Positions 38,759-48,147 of a stretch of DNA of 64,000 nt are shown here, piece after piece (positions within the stretch are counted from its first letter, which is position 1; the number at the start of each line of letters is the position of its first letter). The notes under the pieces are model-generated. The model made no database searches. It was not told the origin of the DNA and saw nothing but the letters and a program-made list of their open reading frames with translations. Made by a program: the position numbers and the translations under genes. The stretch covers positions 406,255 through 470,254 of the forward strand of contig CAVQVD010000010.1 in assembly GCA_963717045.1 (NCBI GenBank), read 5' to 3'. The DNA is from an uncultured delta proteobacterium (GTDB lineage: Bacteria > Desulfobacterota > Binatia > Binatales > Binataceae).

Positions 38759-39709
38759 TCAGTTCATAGGTTGATGGATCGCCTCTGCCGCCTCCGACGG
38801 GGTGGCCGGCACGCGGCGTGCCCCATCGGCGCCGAGCACCAGCAGCAGCACGCCGGAGATCGCTACCAGTACGCCGATAAGGTCGCGCGGCGTCGCGCGC
38901 TCGCCGAGGAAGGCAATCGCGCACAGGATGGACAGCAGCGGAATGCCCGGAATCACCAGCGCGGTGGTCCAGGCGAGCGAAAGCCGGTTGATCGCCGCAT
39001 ACCAGGCCAGCGTCGCAAGAAAATAGCAGACCACCCCGGTCGCGACGATCGTTTCGAGTGCCAGCGGATCGGCCAGTTGCACCACCGCACGTGGATTGAG
39101 CAGCGCAAGGGCGACCGTCAGCACGATGGCGCCGTAGCCAAAACGGGCGGCGGTCATGCAGATGGGTGACAATGGCGGCATCACCGGCAGCGACAGAATA
39201 TGCGAGGTCTGCCAAAGGAGCGGCGTCCCCGCGACCAGCATTGCCGCCCACGCCGGCGAATAGGCGCCGCTCGAGCCGCCGATCGCCGACACGATGCCGA
39301 TGACAATAATCGCGGTCGCGGCTAGTTGGCGGAGCGTGGGGCGCTCGCCGGCGAACAGCGTCGCCAGCAGCAATGAATAGACCGGCTCGCTCTGCAGCAG
39401 CAGTGTTCCGGCTACCGCGTCGATTCGGCGAAGGCCGAAGACCAGGGTGAGAGTCGTTAGGACAGTCCCGATGGTCGAGAGCAGCAGCAAGCGCATCCGG
39501 TAGCGCCGGTCGATTAGCAGCCCCAGTTCGCCGCGCGCGTACACCACCGGCAGCACGCACAGGGTCGCCACCACCGGGCATCCGGCCGCGAAAAGCATCG
39601 GGTCCAGCCGCGTGGCGCCGAAGCGCACCAGCGCGGGCTGCGCAGCCGCGGTGACCGTGCATAGCGCCGCCATCGCGATTCCGGCGCCCCGCTTGTTCAG
39701 CCGGGCCAT
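38759..39709 (-). CDS. DMT-superfamily (EamA-like) transporter, 10 TM
   Basis: 316 aa; two EamA-like halves; Gly-rich TM helices. Confidence 0.8.
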   Translation of the reverse strand: MARLNKRGAGIAMAALCTVTAAAQPALVRFGATRLDPMLFAAGCPVVATLCVLPVVYARGELGLLIDRRYRMRLLLLSTIGTVLTTLTLVFGLRRIDAVAGTLLLQSEPVYSLLLATLFAGERPTLRQLAATAIIVIGIVSAIGGSSGAYSPAWAAMLVAGTPLLWQTSHILSLPVMPPLSPICMTAARFGYGAIVLTVALALLNPRAVVQLADPLALETIVATGVVCYFLATLAWYAAINRLSLAWTTALVIPGIPLLSILCAIAFLGERATPRDLIGVLVAISGVLLLVLGADGARRVPATPSEAAEAIHQPMN

Positions 39710-39791
39710 GGAAGGTCTGTAGGCGATTGCCGATCCGCCCGCGTCCGTTTATTCGCGGCAGGACGACCGCGAAACAGTCTTGAGCGCACAC

Positions 39792-40580
39792 TCAGCCACC
39801 ACGGGCGAAAAAGACGGCTATGACCAATGCCGCAACCAGCAGGCGATAGACCGCGAACACAACGTAATTGCGCGTTCGCACGTAACGGATCAGGAAGGCG
39901 ATCGCGATCAGGCCGAAGACGGCGGCCGCGATGAAACCAATACCTACCGACCAGTCGATACCCTCGTGGATTAGCTTGCGCGACTCGATCAACCCGGCGC
40001 CGGCGATTATCGGGGTCGCCATCAGAAAGGAGAAATTGGCCGAGTCGCCGCGCTCTATCCGAACCGCCCGCGCCATCGTGATCGTGGCTCCTGAGCGCGA
40101 TACTCCGGGTATTATCGCGAGCGCCTGGCTGAAACCGATCGCCAGCGCATCCCAGTAAGTCATTTCGCTCATCGTTCGCTTTTGTGGCGAGAGCTTGTCG
40201 AACAACCACAACAGGACTGCCATAATCGCCAGCGCGATCGCGATTAACAGCGGAGAGCGGAATGTGGTGTCAGCCTGCTTCTCGAAGGCGAGACCGATGA
40301 TCGCTCCGGGGATCGAAGCCGTGATGAGTAGCTGAAGAAGGCGACGTTCTTCGGGATGGCCGCCGGCTATCGAACGCGCCATTTGGATCCATTCCGCTCG
40401 ATAATAGATCAGCAGGGCCAGCAGCGTCCCCAGATGCAAGGCGACGTCGAAGGCAAGGCCGGGGTCTTTCCATTTGAGAAGCCAGGGCACGAGGACTAGA
40501 TGGGCGGAACTGGAGATGGGAAGAAATTCGGCCAACCCCTGAACGGCACCCAGGATGAACGCTTGAAAGTGTGAAATCAT
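39792..40580 (-). CDS. uppP: undecaprenyl-diphosphate phosphatase
   Basis: 262 aa; GAVQGLAEFLPISSSAHL and PGVSRSGATI motifs of BacA/UppP. Confidence 0.9.
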   Translation of the reverse strand: MISHFQAFILGAVQGLAEFLPISSSAHLVLVPWLLKWKDPGLAFDVALHLGTLLALLIYYRAEWIQMARSIAGGHPEERRLLQLLITASIPGAIIGLAFEKQADTTFRSPLLIAIALAIMAVLLWLFDKLSPQKRTMSEMTYWDALAIGFSQALAIIPGVSRSGATITMARAVRIERGDSANFSFLMATPIIAGAGLIESRKLIHEGIDWSVGIGFIAAAVFGLIAIAFLIRYVRTRNYVVFAVYRLLVAALVIAVFFARGG

Positions 40581-40704
40581 AGTTTTTTCAGCTACTTAGC
40601 CTATATCGAACGGTTTGGGAGACCGTTTCGACCGCATAGCGGGAGGCACACGGTACCGGCTGAGGCCGCTTGGCAAGAACCTAAAAGCTGCATAAGATGG
40701 TGCG

Positions 40705-41061
40705 ATGGGTTCTGTAAGCAAATCAGGAGCGACGGTATCGATGCTTCGCGGCGGCGCCGATGGCAATGTTGTCTCCCTACGAGAGGCGAGCATTGTGATA
40801 GGAGGGGCTGGTAGAGCGGCGGATGAGCTTCTGCCGCAGCTGGACGGACCGCGCAGATTTCCGATTGTTTCTAGCCTGCCGCGTCTTCCGCTGATGATTC
40901 CAGATGAAATCCTCGACTACTACGGTTGGGTCTTCTGTCAGGGTGGCTTTCTCAACCTCCAGATGACGTTCGAGCAGTTCCTCACCGTCGTAGCCGCAGT
41001 CAGCCCGACCGGACTCTGTCCGGAATATGACGAGAGCGGCCCAATTCAGACCGCCGACTGA
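40705..41061 (+). CDS. hypothetical protein
   Basis: 118-aa ORF divergent from uppP with balanced composition; no recognisable domain. Confidence 0.3.
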   Translation: MGSVSKSGATVSMLRGGADGNVVSLREASIVIGGAGRAADELLPQLDGPRRFPIVSSLPRLPLMIPDEILDYYGWVFCQGGFLNLQMTFEQFLTVVAAVSPTGLCPEYDESGPIQTAD

Positions 41062-41139
41062 CCCGCTAGCGCACGCTGCTTTAGCTTCCCTGCTCGAGTT
41101 CATTCGACACGGGTGATGCTCGCGCCGGGCGCGACACGC

Positions 41140-41853
41140 CTATTCGGCCGAGGTGGCCCTTTCCGGGGCTTTTTTCAGCATCGTGCCTGCGACCCAGATG
41201 CTCTGGAATGGAGTTACGTCGGTGGCGGAGTTGAGGCTGTTGTCCTTGGCGATTTGCCGCCAATTGTCCTCGCTACCGGTCACCCGTTTAGCCAGTCCCT
41301 TCAGATCCTCGTTGGGCAGCAGAGTGAAATTGACCCCGCCGGAGGCAGGGGTGCTGGAGGGCGGAGGGTACTTAGCCGCCAATTCGTCGATTTCGCCGAA
41401 CAGCGCGAAGCGCTTGCTGGCCTTGTAGTCGGCTATTTGGGCGTCTGGGATGCCCTCGGTATGAACGTTGACCACGACCTTGCTCTTCTGGCTCCCTTCA
41501 GGGGTCACCTGGATCTCGTAGCGATAGCGCGGCTGCACGCCAACTATGTTTTGCATGAATCCGACCTTGGTGTCGGCATTGCGCCAGAGCGTCACCAGAG
41601 AATTATCGGGCGCGACCTCGAACAGGATGCCGTCGCCGCGGAGCGCATCCTGGGTCAGGAGATAGGTGTCGTGCGCGTCAAAGTTGACCTCATGCTCCTC
41701 GCCGAGGGCGGCGTCGGTGGTGTTCCAATGCTCGCTGGCGCCCCATAGTCCGACGTAACATCCCGCCAAGAGGGACATCACGCCCACCGTTATCCAAAGC
41801 GCCCACTTCGCGGCAATCCGATTTTGCGCAACCATCGAGAGCAACCCGACCAT
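41140..41853 (-). CDS. lipoprotein of unknown function (weak C-terminal LysM-like motif)
   Basis: Signal peptide plus lipobox LLAG-C. C-terminal ...DNWRQIAKDNSL... is faintly LysM-like. Confidence 0.45.
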   Translation of the reverse strand: MVGLLSMVAQNRIAAKWALWITVGVMSLLAGCYVGLWGASEHWNTTDAALGEEHEVNFDAHDTYLLTQDALRGDGILFEVAPDNSLVTLWRNADTKVGFMQNIVGVQPRYRYEIQVTPEGSQKSKVVVNVHTEGIPDAQIADYKASKRFALFGEIDELAAKYPPPSSTPASGGVNFTLLPNEDLKGLAKRVTGSEDNWRQIAKDNSLNSATDVTPFQSIWVAGTMLKKAPERATSAE

Positions 41854-42062
41854 CGCGGCGAGTGCCGCGTGATTCAGATAACCTCACAGACAACCATGAG
41901 CCTTCGCCACACGCAAGACGAAGCGCGCGCGCCGCGTTCACGATTCGCAAATTTCATCGGTTCATAAGCGCCATCGTCTTGTGTTAAAAATTGTGGCGGA
42001 TGCGCAGCGAGTTCCTTCGGGTCTTTTACCGCACCACCTCTCAACGCTAAGATTCACGCCCC

Positions 42063-43427
42063 ATGACGGAATCCATAACCAGAGAAAATCCGCGCCACGT
42101 CGTCGCGGTCGTTGGCGCCGCTACCGCAGGCGCTGAAATCGCACAGATCCTGGCCCGACGCGGGGCGCAGGTAATCGTGATCGAACAGAATCCACGCCCC
42201 TACGGCAAAATCGAGGACGGCCTGCCGCGATGGCACGTCAAGCAACGCAGGGATGAGTACGAGGAAATCAATCAGCGCCTCGATCATCCCAATATCGAAT
42301 TCGTTCCGCTTACCCGGATGGGAATCGACATCACCTACGACGATTTGCGCCAGCGATGGGGCCTGAGCGCGGTCGTGCTGGCGCACGGCGCGTGGCGCGA
42401 CCGTCCGCTGGCGGTCGAGGGGGCCGACCAGTTTATCGATCGCGGCCTGGTCTATCAGAACCGGCTCATCTACTGGTTCAACCATTACCCGGAAAAGGCT
42501 TACGACGGGCCGCGCTTCGACCTTCCGCCCGGCGCGATTGTGATTGGCGGCGGCCTCGCCTCGATCGACGTGGTCAAGGTGCTCCAGATTGAGACCGCAC
42601 TCAAGGCGCTGCGTGCGCGCGGCGTCGAGGAGGACATGCTGCGGCTTGAGCGCGAGGGCCTCGAGCCGGTGCTCGGGGCGCGCGGGCTCAAGTATGCCGA
42701 CCTCGGCGTCGCTCCGTGCAAACTTTTCTATCGCCGTCGCGTCCTCGATATGCCCCTCTCCGACATCGCGCCCGACGCTACGCCAAAGCGGGCCGAAGCG
42801 ATGCGCGCGGCGCGGGCCAAAATCCTGGAGAAAGCGCAGCGCAAGTACCTCTTCGAGTTCGAGCCGCAACGCGTGCCGACCGGGCTCATTGTCGAAGATG
42901 GTCGGATGGCCGGCGTGCAGATGAGCCGAACCGAGGTCGCCGATGGCCAGGTACGTACACTCCCCGACTCGGCATCGCCCGTGCGCGCACCACTCACCAT
43001 CAGCTCCATCGGTAGCATCCCCGAACAAATCCCCGGCATCCCAGGTAAGGGTGAGGTCTATGCCTATATCGACGCCACTGTCGGGCTTATCGACGACGGT
43101 CCCACGGCGGTATACGCGGCGGGCAACGTGCTGACGGGCAAGGGCAATATCAAGGACTCGCTCGAGAGCGGCACCTTCGTTGGCCTTCACGTGGCCGAGA
43201 GCTACCTGGGATTGAACGGCGACGACGTTCCCTTAGCCGAAGGCGCGCGCAAGGAGGCCGAGCAACAGGGCGAACGTATCGCCGATGCGATGAAATCGCG
43301 GCCCGGGCTGGCGCCGAGTCAGGTGGCCGAGGTAATGCGCCGGGTGCGCGAGCGTCAGGGCGAGATCGGTTACGAGGGCAACTACCGGGCGTGGATCGCG
43401 CGCGTCACGCCGGTCGATTTGCACTAA
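42063..43427 (+). CDS. FAD/NAD(P)-binding oxidoreductase, adrenodoxin-reductase/FprA-like
   Basis: VAVVGAATAGAEIA Rossmann motif, second NADP-site AIVIGGGLASIDVVKVL, central VYQNRLIYWFNHYPE like FprA. Confidence 0.7.
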   Translation: MTESITRENPRHVVAVVGAATAGAEIAQILARRGAQVIVIEQNPRPYGKIEDGLPRWHVKQRRDEYEEINQRLDHPNIEFVPLTRMGIDITYDDLRQRWGLSAVVLAHGAWRDRPLAVEGADQFIDRGLVYQNRLIYWFNHYPEKAYDGPRFDLPPGAIVIGGGLASIDVVKVLQIETALKALRARGVEEDMLRLEREGLEPVLGARGLKYADLGVAPCKLFYRRRVLDMPLSDIAPDATPKRAEAMRAARAKILEKAQRKYLFEFEPQRVPTGLIVEDGRMAGVQMSRTEVADGQVRTLPDSASPVRAPLTISSIGSIPEQIPGIPGKGEVYAYIDATVGLIDDGPTAVYAAGNVLTGKGNIKDSLESGTFVGLHVAESYLGLNGDDVPLAEGARKEAEQQGERIADAMKSRPGLAPSQVAEVMRRVRERQGEIGYEGNYRAWIARVTPVDLH

Positions 43428-43459
43428 TTCAGCAACACGGGACGCAACGGCGGAAAACA

Positions 43460-44704
43460 ATGGACGCGCTCAAGCAGACCGATCCTGAAATTTACGATTT
43501 GATTCGCGCCGAAGAACGTTACGAAATAGATTCCGTACGGCTCATTCCGTCGGAAAACTACGTCTCGCGCGCGGTGCTCGAGGCGACCGGCTCGATCCTC
43601 ACCAATAAGTATTCCGAGGGCTACTCAGGGCGGCGTTACTACGAGGGCCAGCGGTACATCGACCAGATTGAAACCATCGTTGCGGACCGCGCCCGCGAGC
43701 TATTCGGCGCCGAGCACGCGAACGTCCAGCCCTACTCGGGATCGCCCGCCAACCTGGCGGTGTATCTCGCGCTGCTCAAGCCGGGCGACACGCTGATGGG
43801 TTTGGCGCTGCCGCACGGCGGCCATCTGACCCACGGATGGCCGGTCAGCGCGACCGGCATCTTCTGGCGCGCGGTGCACTACCAGGTCGACCGCGAGAGT
43901 CAGCGAATCGACTACGACGCGGTGCGCGATCTCGCGAAAAAGGAACGGCCGAAGATTATCGTCACCGGAGCGACCGCTTATCCTCGCCAGTTCGATTTCA
44001 AGATCTTCGGTGAGATTGCGAAAGAGGTCGGCGCCTTCATGCTGGCCGACATCTCGCACATCGCGGGACTGATCGTCGCCGGCGCGCATCCGGACGCCGT
44101 GCCCTACGCCGATGTCGTCACCACCACCACGCACAAAACGCTGCGCGGGCCACGCGGCGCGATGATCCTCTGCCGCAACGAAGTCGCCGAGAAGATCGAC
44201 AAGGCCGTCTTTCCGGGCCTGCAGGGCGGTCCGCATAACCATACCACCGCCGCGATCGGAGTAGCGCTCAAGGAGGCGGCGACCCCGGCCTTCAAGGAGT
44301 ACGGCCATCAGATCGTACGCAACGCCAAAGCGATGGCCGAAGAGCTGCTCGCGCACGGCTTCAACCTGGTCTCGGGTGGCACCGACAACCATCTCATCCT
44401 TATCGACCTCACCAACAAAAAAGTGATCGGCAAGAAGGCGGCGCAGGCGCTGGACCGCGCGGGCATCGTTTGCAACTACAACACCGTGCCTTATGATCCC
44501 CGCAAACCCTTCAGCCCGAGCGGCTTGCGGCTGGGCACGCCGGCTGTTACGTCGCGCGGGATGGGCGAGGGCGAGATGCGCCAGATTGCGCGATGGATTA
44601 ACGAGGCGGTCGCGCACGCCGAGGACGAAGCGGCGCTCGCGCGGATCAACGGCGAGGTCACCGAGATGTGCCGCCGCTTCCGCGCGCCGGGGATCGCGAC
44701 TTAG
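43460..44704 (+). CDS. glyA: serine hydroxymethyltransferase
   Basis: LIPSENYVS, TNKYSEGY, PLP-Lys region TTTTHKTLRGPRG. The ORF track starts at 43391; ATG 43460 gives the canonical N-terminus MDALKQTD. Confidence 0.95.
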   Translation: MDALKQTDPEIYDLIRAEERYEIDSVRLIPSENYVSRAVLEATGSILTNKYSEGYSGRRYYEGQRYIDQIETIVADRARELFGAEHANVQPYSGSPANLAVYLALLKPGDTLMGLALPHGGHLTHGWPVSATGIFWRAVHYQVDRESQRIDYDAVRDLAKKERPKIIVTGATAYPRQFDFKIFGEIAKEVGAFMLADISHIAGLIVAGAHPDAVPYADVVTTTTHKTLRGPRGAMILCRNEVAEKIDKAVFPGLQGGPHNHTTAAIGVALKEAATPAFKEYGHQIVRNAKAMAEELLAHGFNLVSGGTDNHLILIDLTNKKVIGKKAAQALDRAGIVCNYNTVPYDPRKPFSPSGLRLGTPAVTSRGMGEGEMRQIARWINEAVAHAEDEAALARINGEVTEMCRRFRAPGIAT

Positions 44705-44716
44705 TCGCGCGACAGC

Positions 44717-45808
44717 ATGGCGAAAATCAAAATCGAGCGGATGCTGAATCTCGGCGCCGCCTACACGCCTGAGATGGGCGCTGGAGGCAAGCCCGAGCCG
44801 AGCTGGACGACATTGCGCGAGCAGGTCCGCGAGGCACAGGCCCTCGGCTACGACACCGTGGTCTCTGTCGAGACGCAGCACGATCCGTTCATGATGCTGG
44901 CGGTCGCCGCGCAGGAGCCCTCCACGGTCGAACTCGCGACCGGGATCGCGCTCGCGTTCACCCGCAGTCCGGTTGCGACCGCCTACACCGCATGGGATCT
45001 CCAGCGGATGAGCGGCGGGCGGCTGGTGCTGGGACTGGGTTCGCAGGTCAAGGGCCATATCACGCGGCGTTTCGGGATGCCCTTCACCAAACCGGCGCAA
45101 CGGATGAAGGACTACGTCGGTGCGATGCGCGCGTGCTGGAAGACCTGGCAGACCGGCGCGCCATTCGATTTTCAGAGCGAGCACTACAATCTTTCGCTGA
45201 TGACGCCGAATTTCGCGCCTCCGTCGCTTGAGCATTCGCATATCCCGGTCCTGATCGCTGCGGTGCAAGAGCACATGTTGCAAGTTGCGGGCGAGGTGTG
45301 CGACGGCGTCCGCCTGCACGGCATCTGCACGCGCCGCTACCTCGACCAGGTCGCATTCCCCAACCTGCGCAAGGGTTTCGCGAAGTCCGGTCGGCCGGCT
45401 TCGGAATGGGAGAGCTTCCAGATTTCGGGCGGCGGCTTCCTGTGCGTGGCGCCCGATAGCGATTCGCTGGCGCGCGCGGTCGAGAAGATGAAGGAGACAA
45501 TCGCGTTTTACGGCTCCACGCGATCGTACCGCTCGAGCTTCGAGCTCGAGGGATGGACCGACCAGGCCGAGCAACTTCATCGGCTGTCCGTGCAGCAGAA
45601 GTGGACCGAGATGCCGAAGCTGGTAAGCGAGGAGATGGTGCACGCGTTCGCGGCGGTCGGCACTTACCGCGATATTGCGGCGGTGATGAAAAAGCGTTTC
45701 GCCGGCGTCAACCGGTTCGACTTCGACGTCCCGATGCGCCGAATCTCATCCGACGACCGCGAGCGCGGCGTGGTGCGCGAAGTCATCGAAGAACTGCACC
45801 GCCCGTAG
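44717..45808 (+). CDS. LLM-class (luciferase-like) flavin/F420-dependent oxidoreductase
   Basis: 363 aa TIM-barrel LLM family pattern (VSVETQHDPFMMLAV...LGLGSQ). Confidence 0.75.
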   Translation: MAKIKIERMLNLGAAYTPEMGAGGKPEPSWTTLREQVREAQALGYDTVVSVETQHDPFMMLAVAAQEPSTVELATGIALAFTRSPVATAYTAWDLQRMSGGRLVLGLGSQVKGHITRRFGMPFTKPAQRMKDYVGAMRACWKTWQTGAPFDFQSEHYNLSLMTPNFAPPSLEHSHIPVLIAAVQEHMLQVAGEVCDGVRLHGICTRRYLDQVAFPNLRKGFAKSGRPASEWESFQISGGGFLCVAPDSDSLARAVEKMKETIAFYGSTRSYRSSFELEGWTDQAEQLHRLSVQQKWTEMPKLVSEEMVHAFAAVGTYRDIAAVMKKRFAGVNRFDFDVPMRRISSDDRERGVVREVIEELHRP

Positions 45809-45831
45809 CTCCGCCGCATCCGAGGTGGATC

Positions 45832-46224
45832 ATGAGCTTTATCGTTGGACTCGATCACGTCACGATTCAGATTGATGATGGCGAAGAGGCTTTGCGCCAG
45901 GCGCTCAGGTTTTACGGAGAGGTTCTCGGCCTTACGCCGCTCGACCGTCCCGCCAATACGGACAATGGGCGTCCCGGAGCATGGCTGCAGTGCGGCCCGC
46001 AGCAGCAATTGCATATCATCACCGGCGGCGGAGCGTCGACCGAGAATCGGATATCGCGGCGTCATCCGGCGTTTCGGGTCTCGAATCTGGAAGGGCTGCG
46101 TCGGCGGCTGCAGACGGCCGGGGTCGAAATCATTGCGGGCAATCGCTTTCCCGGCCAGGAGCGGTTTTTCGTGCGCGACCCGTGGGGCAACCGGCTCGAA
46201 TTCGTCGAGCGCGAATCAGAATAG
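45832..46224 (+). CDS. VOC-family (glyoxalase/bleomycin-resistance/dioxygenase) protein
   Basis: MSFIVGLDHVTIQIDDGE...RFFVRDPWGNRLEFVE. ATG at 45832; the ORF track is open from 45553. Confidence 0.7.
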   Translation: MSFIVGLDHVTIQIDDGEEALRQALRFYGEVLGLTPLDRPANTDNGRPGAWLQCGPQQQLHIITGGGASTENRISRRHPAFRVSNLEGLRRRLQTAGVEIIAGNRFPGQERFFVRDPWGNRLEFVERESE

Positions 46225-46415
46225 GCGCGCCATACTGCCGTGGCGAGTCGTAAATTTGTAAGTAGATTCTTCGTCCGTGATCGTAGGCACGCTACGCGCG
46301 GAGAACCGCGCGAGTTCCTTCGACTCCGGCAGCCTTCGCTCAGGATGACGAAAGGTGCCGAAGTGCGGATCGACCAGCGTTTCGCGCGGCGCGCCGCTTC
46401 TGAAATAATCGTTGC

Positions 46416-47471
46416 GTGGCGAGGCAGATAACCGCTGACGCAGTGCTCGAGGCGCTCGGCCGAGTGAGCTATCCCGGCTACGCGACCGACGTGGTTTCGC
46501 TCGGAATAATCGAGGCGGTCGAGCCGCTCGATACACCGGGTGGCTTCGCGGTGATCGTGCGGCAGGTGAGCGAGAGCGACCGCGTGATGCACGATCTCGC
46601 GGGTGCAATCAGCACCAAGCTGAAGCGCGACCTCGGTCTCGCGCGAGTCGAACTGAAGCTGCGCAAGCTCGAGGCCGAGCTGGGCGAGAAGACCGGCCGC
46701 GTGCGCCTGGAGGGCACGCGCTACGTCGTCGCAGTCCTGAGCGGCAAGGGCGGAGTCGGCAAGTCGACCGTCGCGGTGAATCTTGCGATGGCGCTCAAGC
46801 AGCTCGGGATGACGGTGGGACTGATGGACGCCGACATCTATGGCCCGTCGGTGCCGATGATGTTCGGAGTGGACGAAGAACGGCCGCGGGCGGCCGGCGG
46901 TCAGAACTTCTATCCGGTCGAGCGCTATGGCGTAAAGCTCATCTCGATGGGTTTTTTCCTGACCGACAAATCGCCGGTCATATGGCGCGGCCCGATGGTG
47001 ATGGGCGCCGTGCGCCAGTTTCTGAAGGACACGCTGTGGGGTACGCAGGACTTTCTGATTGTCGATTTGCCGCCGGGCACCGGGGATGCGCAACTGACGC
47101 TAGCGCAGCAGGTCGCGCTCGACGGCGCGGTGATCGTCACCACGCCCCAGGATGTGGCGCTGCTCGACGCGGCGCGGGCAGCGCGGATGCTGCAACAGTT
47201 GCACTGTCCGGTTATTGGGGTGGTCGAGAACATGAGTTATTTCGTCTGCCCGGACTGCGGCGAGCGCGACGAGTTGTTCGGCGCGGGCGGCGGAGCGAAG
47301 CTCGCGATGGACGAGGGCACGCGGGTGCTGGCGCAGATACCGATCCATCTCGAGGTGCGCGAGGCGGGCGACGCCGGGATGCCGATCGTGCTGAAGGACC
47401 CCGAGCATCCCGCGAGCCGCGCTTTCATGGACCTCGCGCGCGGCGTGCTGGCGGCGATGCCCAAGGATTAG
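46416..47471 (+). CDS. apbC: Fe-S cluster carrier ATPase Mrp/ApbC/NBP35
   Basis: SGKGGVGKST deviant Walker A, CPxC (CPDCG), N-terminal MIP18-like domain. Confidence 0.9.
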   Translation: MARQITADAVLEALGRVSYPGYATDVVSLGIIEAVEPLDTPGGFAVIVRQVSESDRVMHDLAGAISTKLKRDLGLARVELKLRKLEAELGEKTGRVRLEGTRYVVAVLSGKGGVGKSTVAVNLAMALKQLGMTVGLMDADIYGPSVPMMFGVDEERPRAAGGQNFYPVERYGVKLISMGFFLTDKSPVIWRGPMVMGAVRQFLKDTLWGTQDFLIVDLPPGTGDAQLTLAQQVALDGAVIVTTPQDVALLDAARAARMLQQLHCPVIGVVENMSYFVCPDCGERDELFGAGGGAKLAMDEGTRVLAQIPIHLEVREAGDAGMPIVLKDPEHPASRAFMDLARGVLAAMPKD

Positions 47472-47612
47472 AATAAGGACTGGCGCCTTACCAGATTTGG
47501 CTCCCACGATTTGCCCTTGCTCGCCCAATCGAGCGCCGATACTCTCACAGCATCGGGATGGGCAGCGTTGGGGAGCGGCTTGCCCTGGAGCGCGCGGTCG
47601 CCGTTCTCCATT

Positions 47613-47948
47613 ATGTCAACACTGATTACGGAGGCGTGTATCAATTGCGGTGCATGCGCGCCTGCATGCCCGAACAACGCGATTTACGAGGGCGGACAGC
47701 GTTGGGAGTTCGACGGCAGGGAGCATCCGCCGCTTAGGGAGGACGTCTATTACATCGTGCCGGACAAGTGCAGCGAATGCGTCGGTTTCTTCGACCAGGA
47801 ACAGTGCGCCGCGGCATGCCCGGTCGATTGCTGCATTCCCGACCCGGACCTCCCAGAGCAGGAGCCGGCGCTTATCGAGCGCGCGCGCAAGCTCCATCCG
47901 GATAAGCAATTCAGCGTTCCCTATCCGTCGCGATTTCGGCAAGCGTGA
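47613..47948 (+). CDS. 4Fe-4S dicluster ferredoxin
   Basis: CINCGACAPACP and CSECVGFFDQEQCAAACP motifs. ATG 47613; the ORF is open from 47511. Confidence 0.8.
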   Translation: MSTLITEACINCGACAPACPNNAIYEGGQRWEFDGREHPPLREDVYYIVPDKCSECVGFFDQEQCAAACPVDCCIPDPDLPEQEPALIERARKLHPDKQFSVPYPSRFRQA

Positions 47949-48147
47949 GGTCAGCGGTCGGGGTCGCGGCCGTGGCAGAATCGCTCTCCCGACGCTGTGG
48001 GCAATCGCGGCCGAAGCAATTTACTTTGTTGCCGCGCTCCGATAAAACCACAGGGCACTATCAGTTCCACTTATGTTCGGGGGCGGGCCGGCACGGGACG
48101 CGCCCGAGCACCATTTGTGGACGGCGGGGTGAGTTGAGAAGAGGGAT

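Noticed and set aside
38394-39791. 465-aa minus-strand ORF
   Set aside because: Alternative frame overlapping the well-supported DMT transporter gene, Arg/Gly/Ala-rich; spurious.
43700-45643. 647-aa minus-strand ORF
   Set aside because: Antisense to glyA and the LLM oxidoreductase, Arg/His/Gly-rich with no domain signal; GC-driven spurious ORF.
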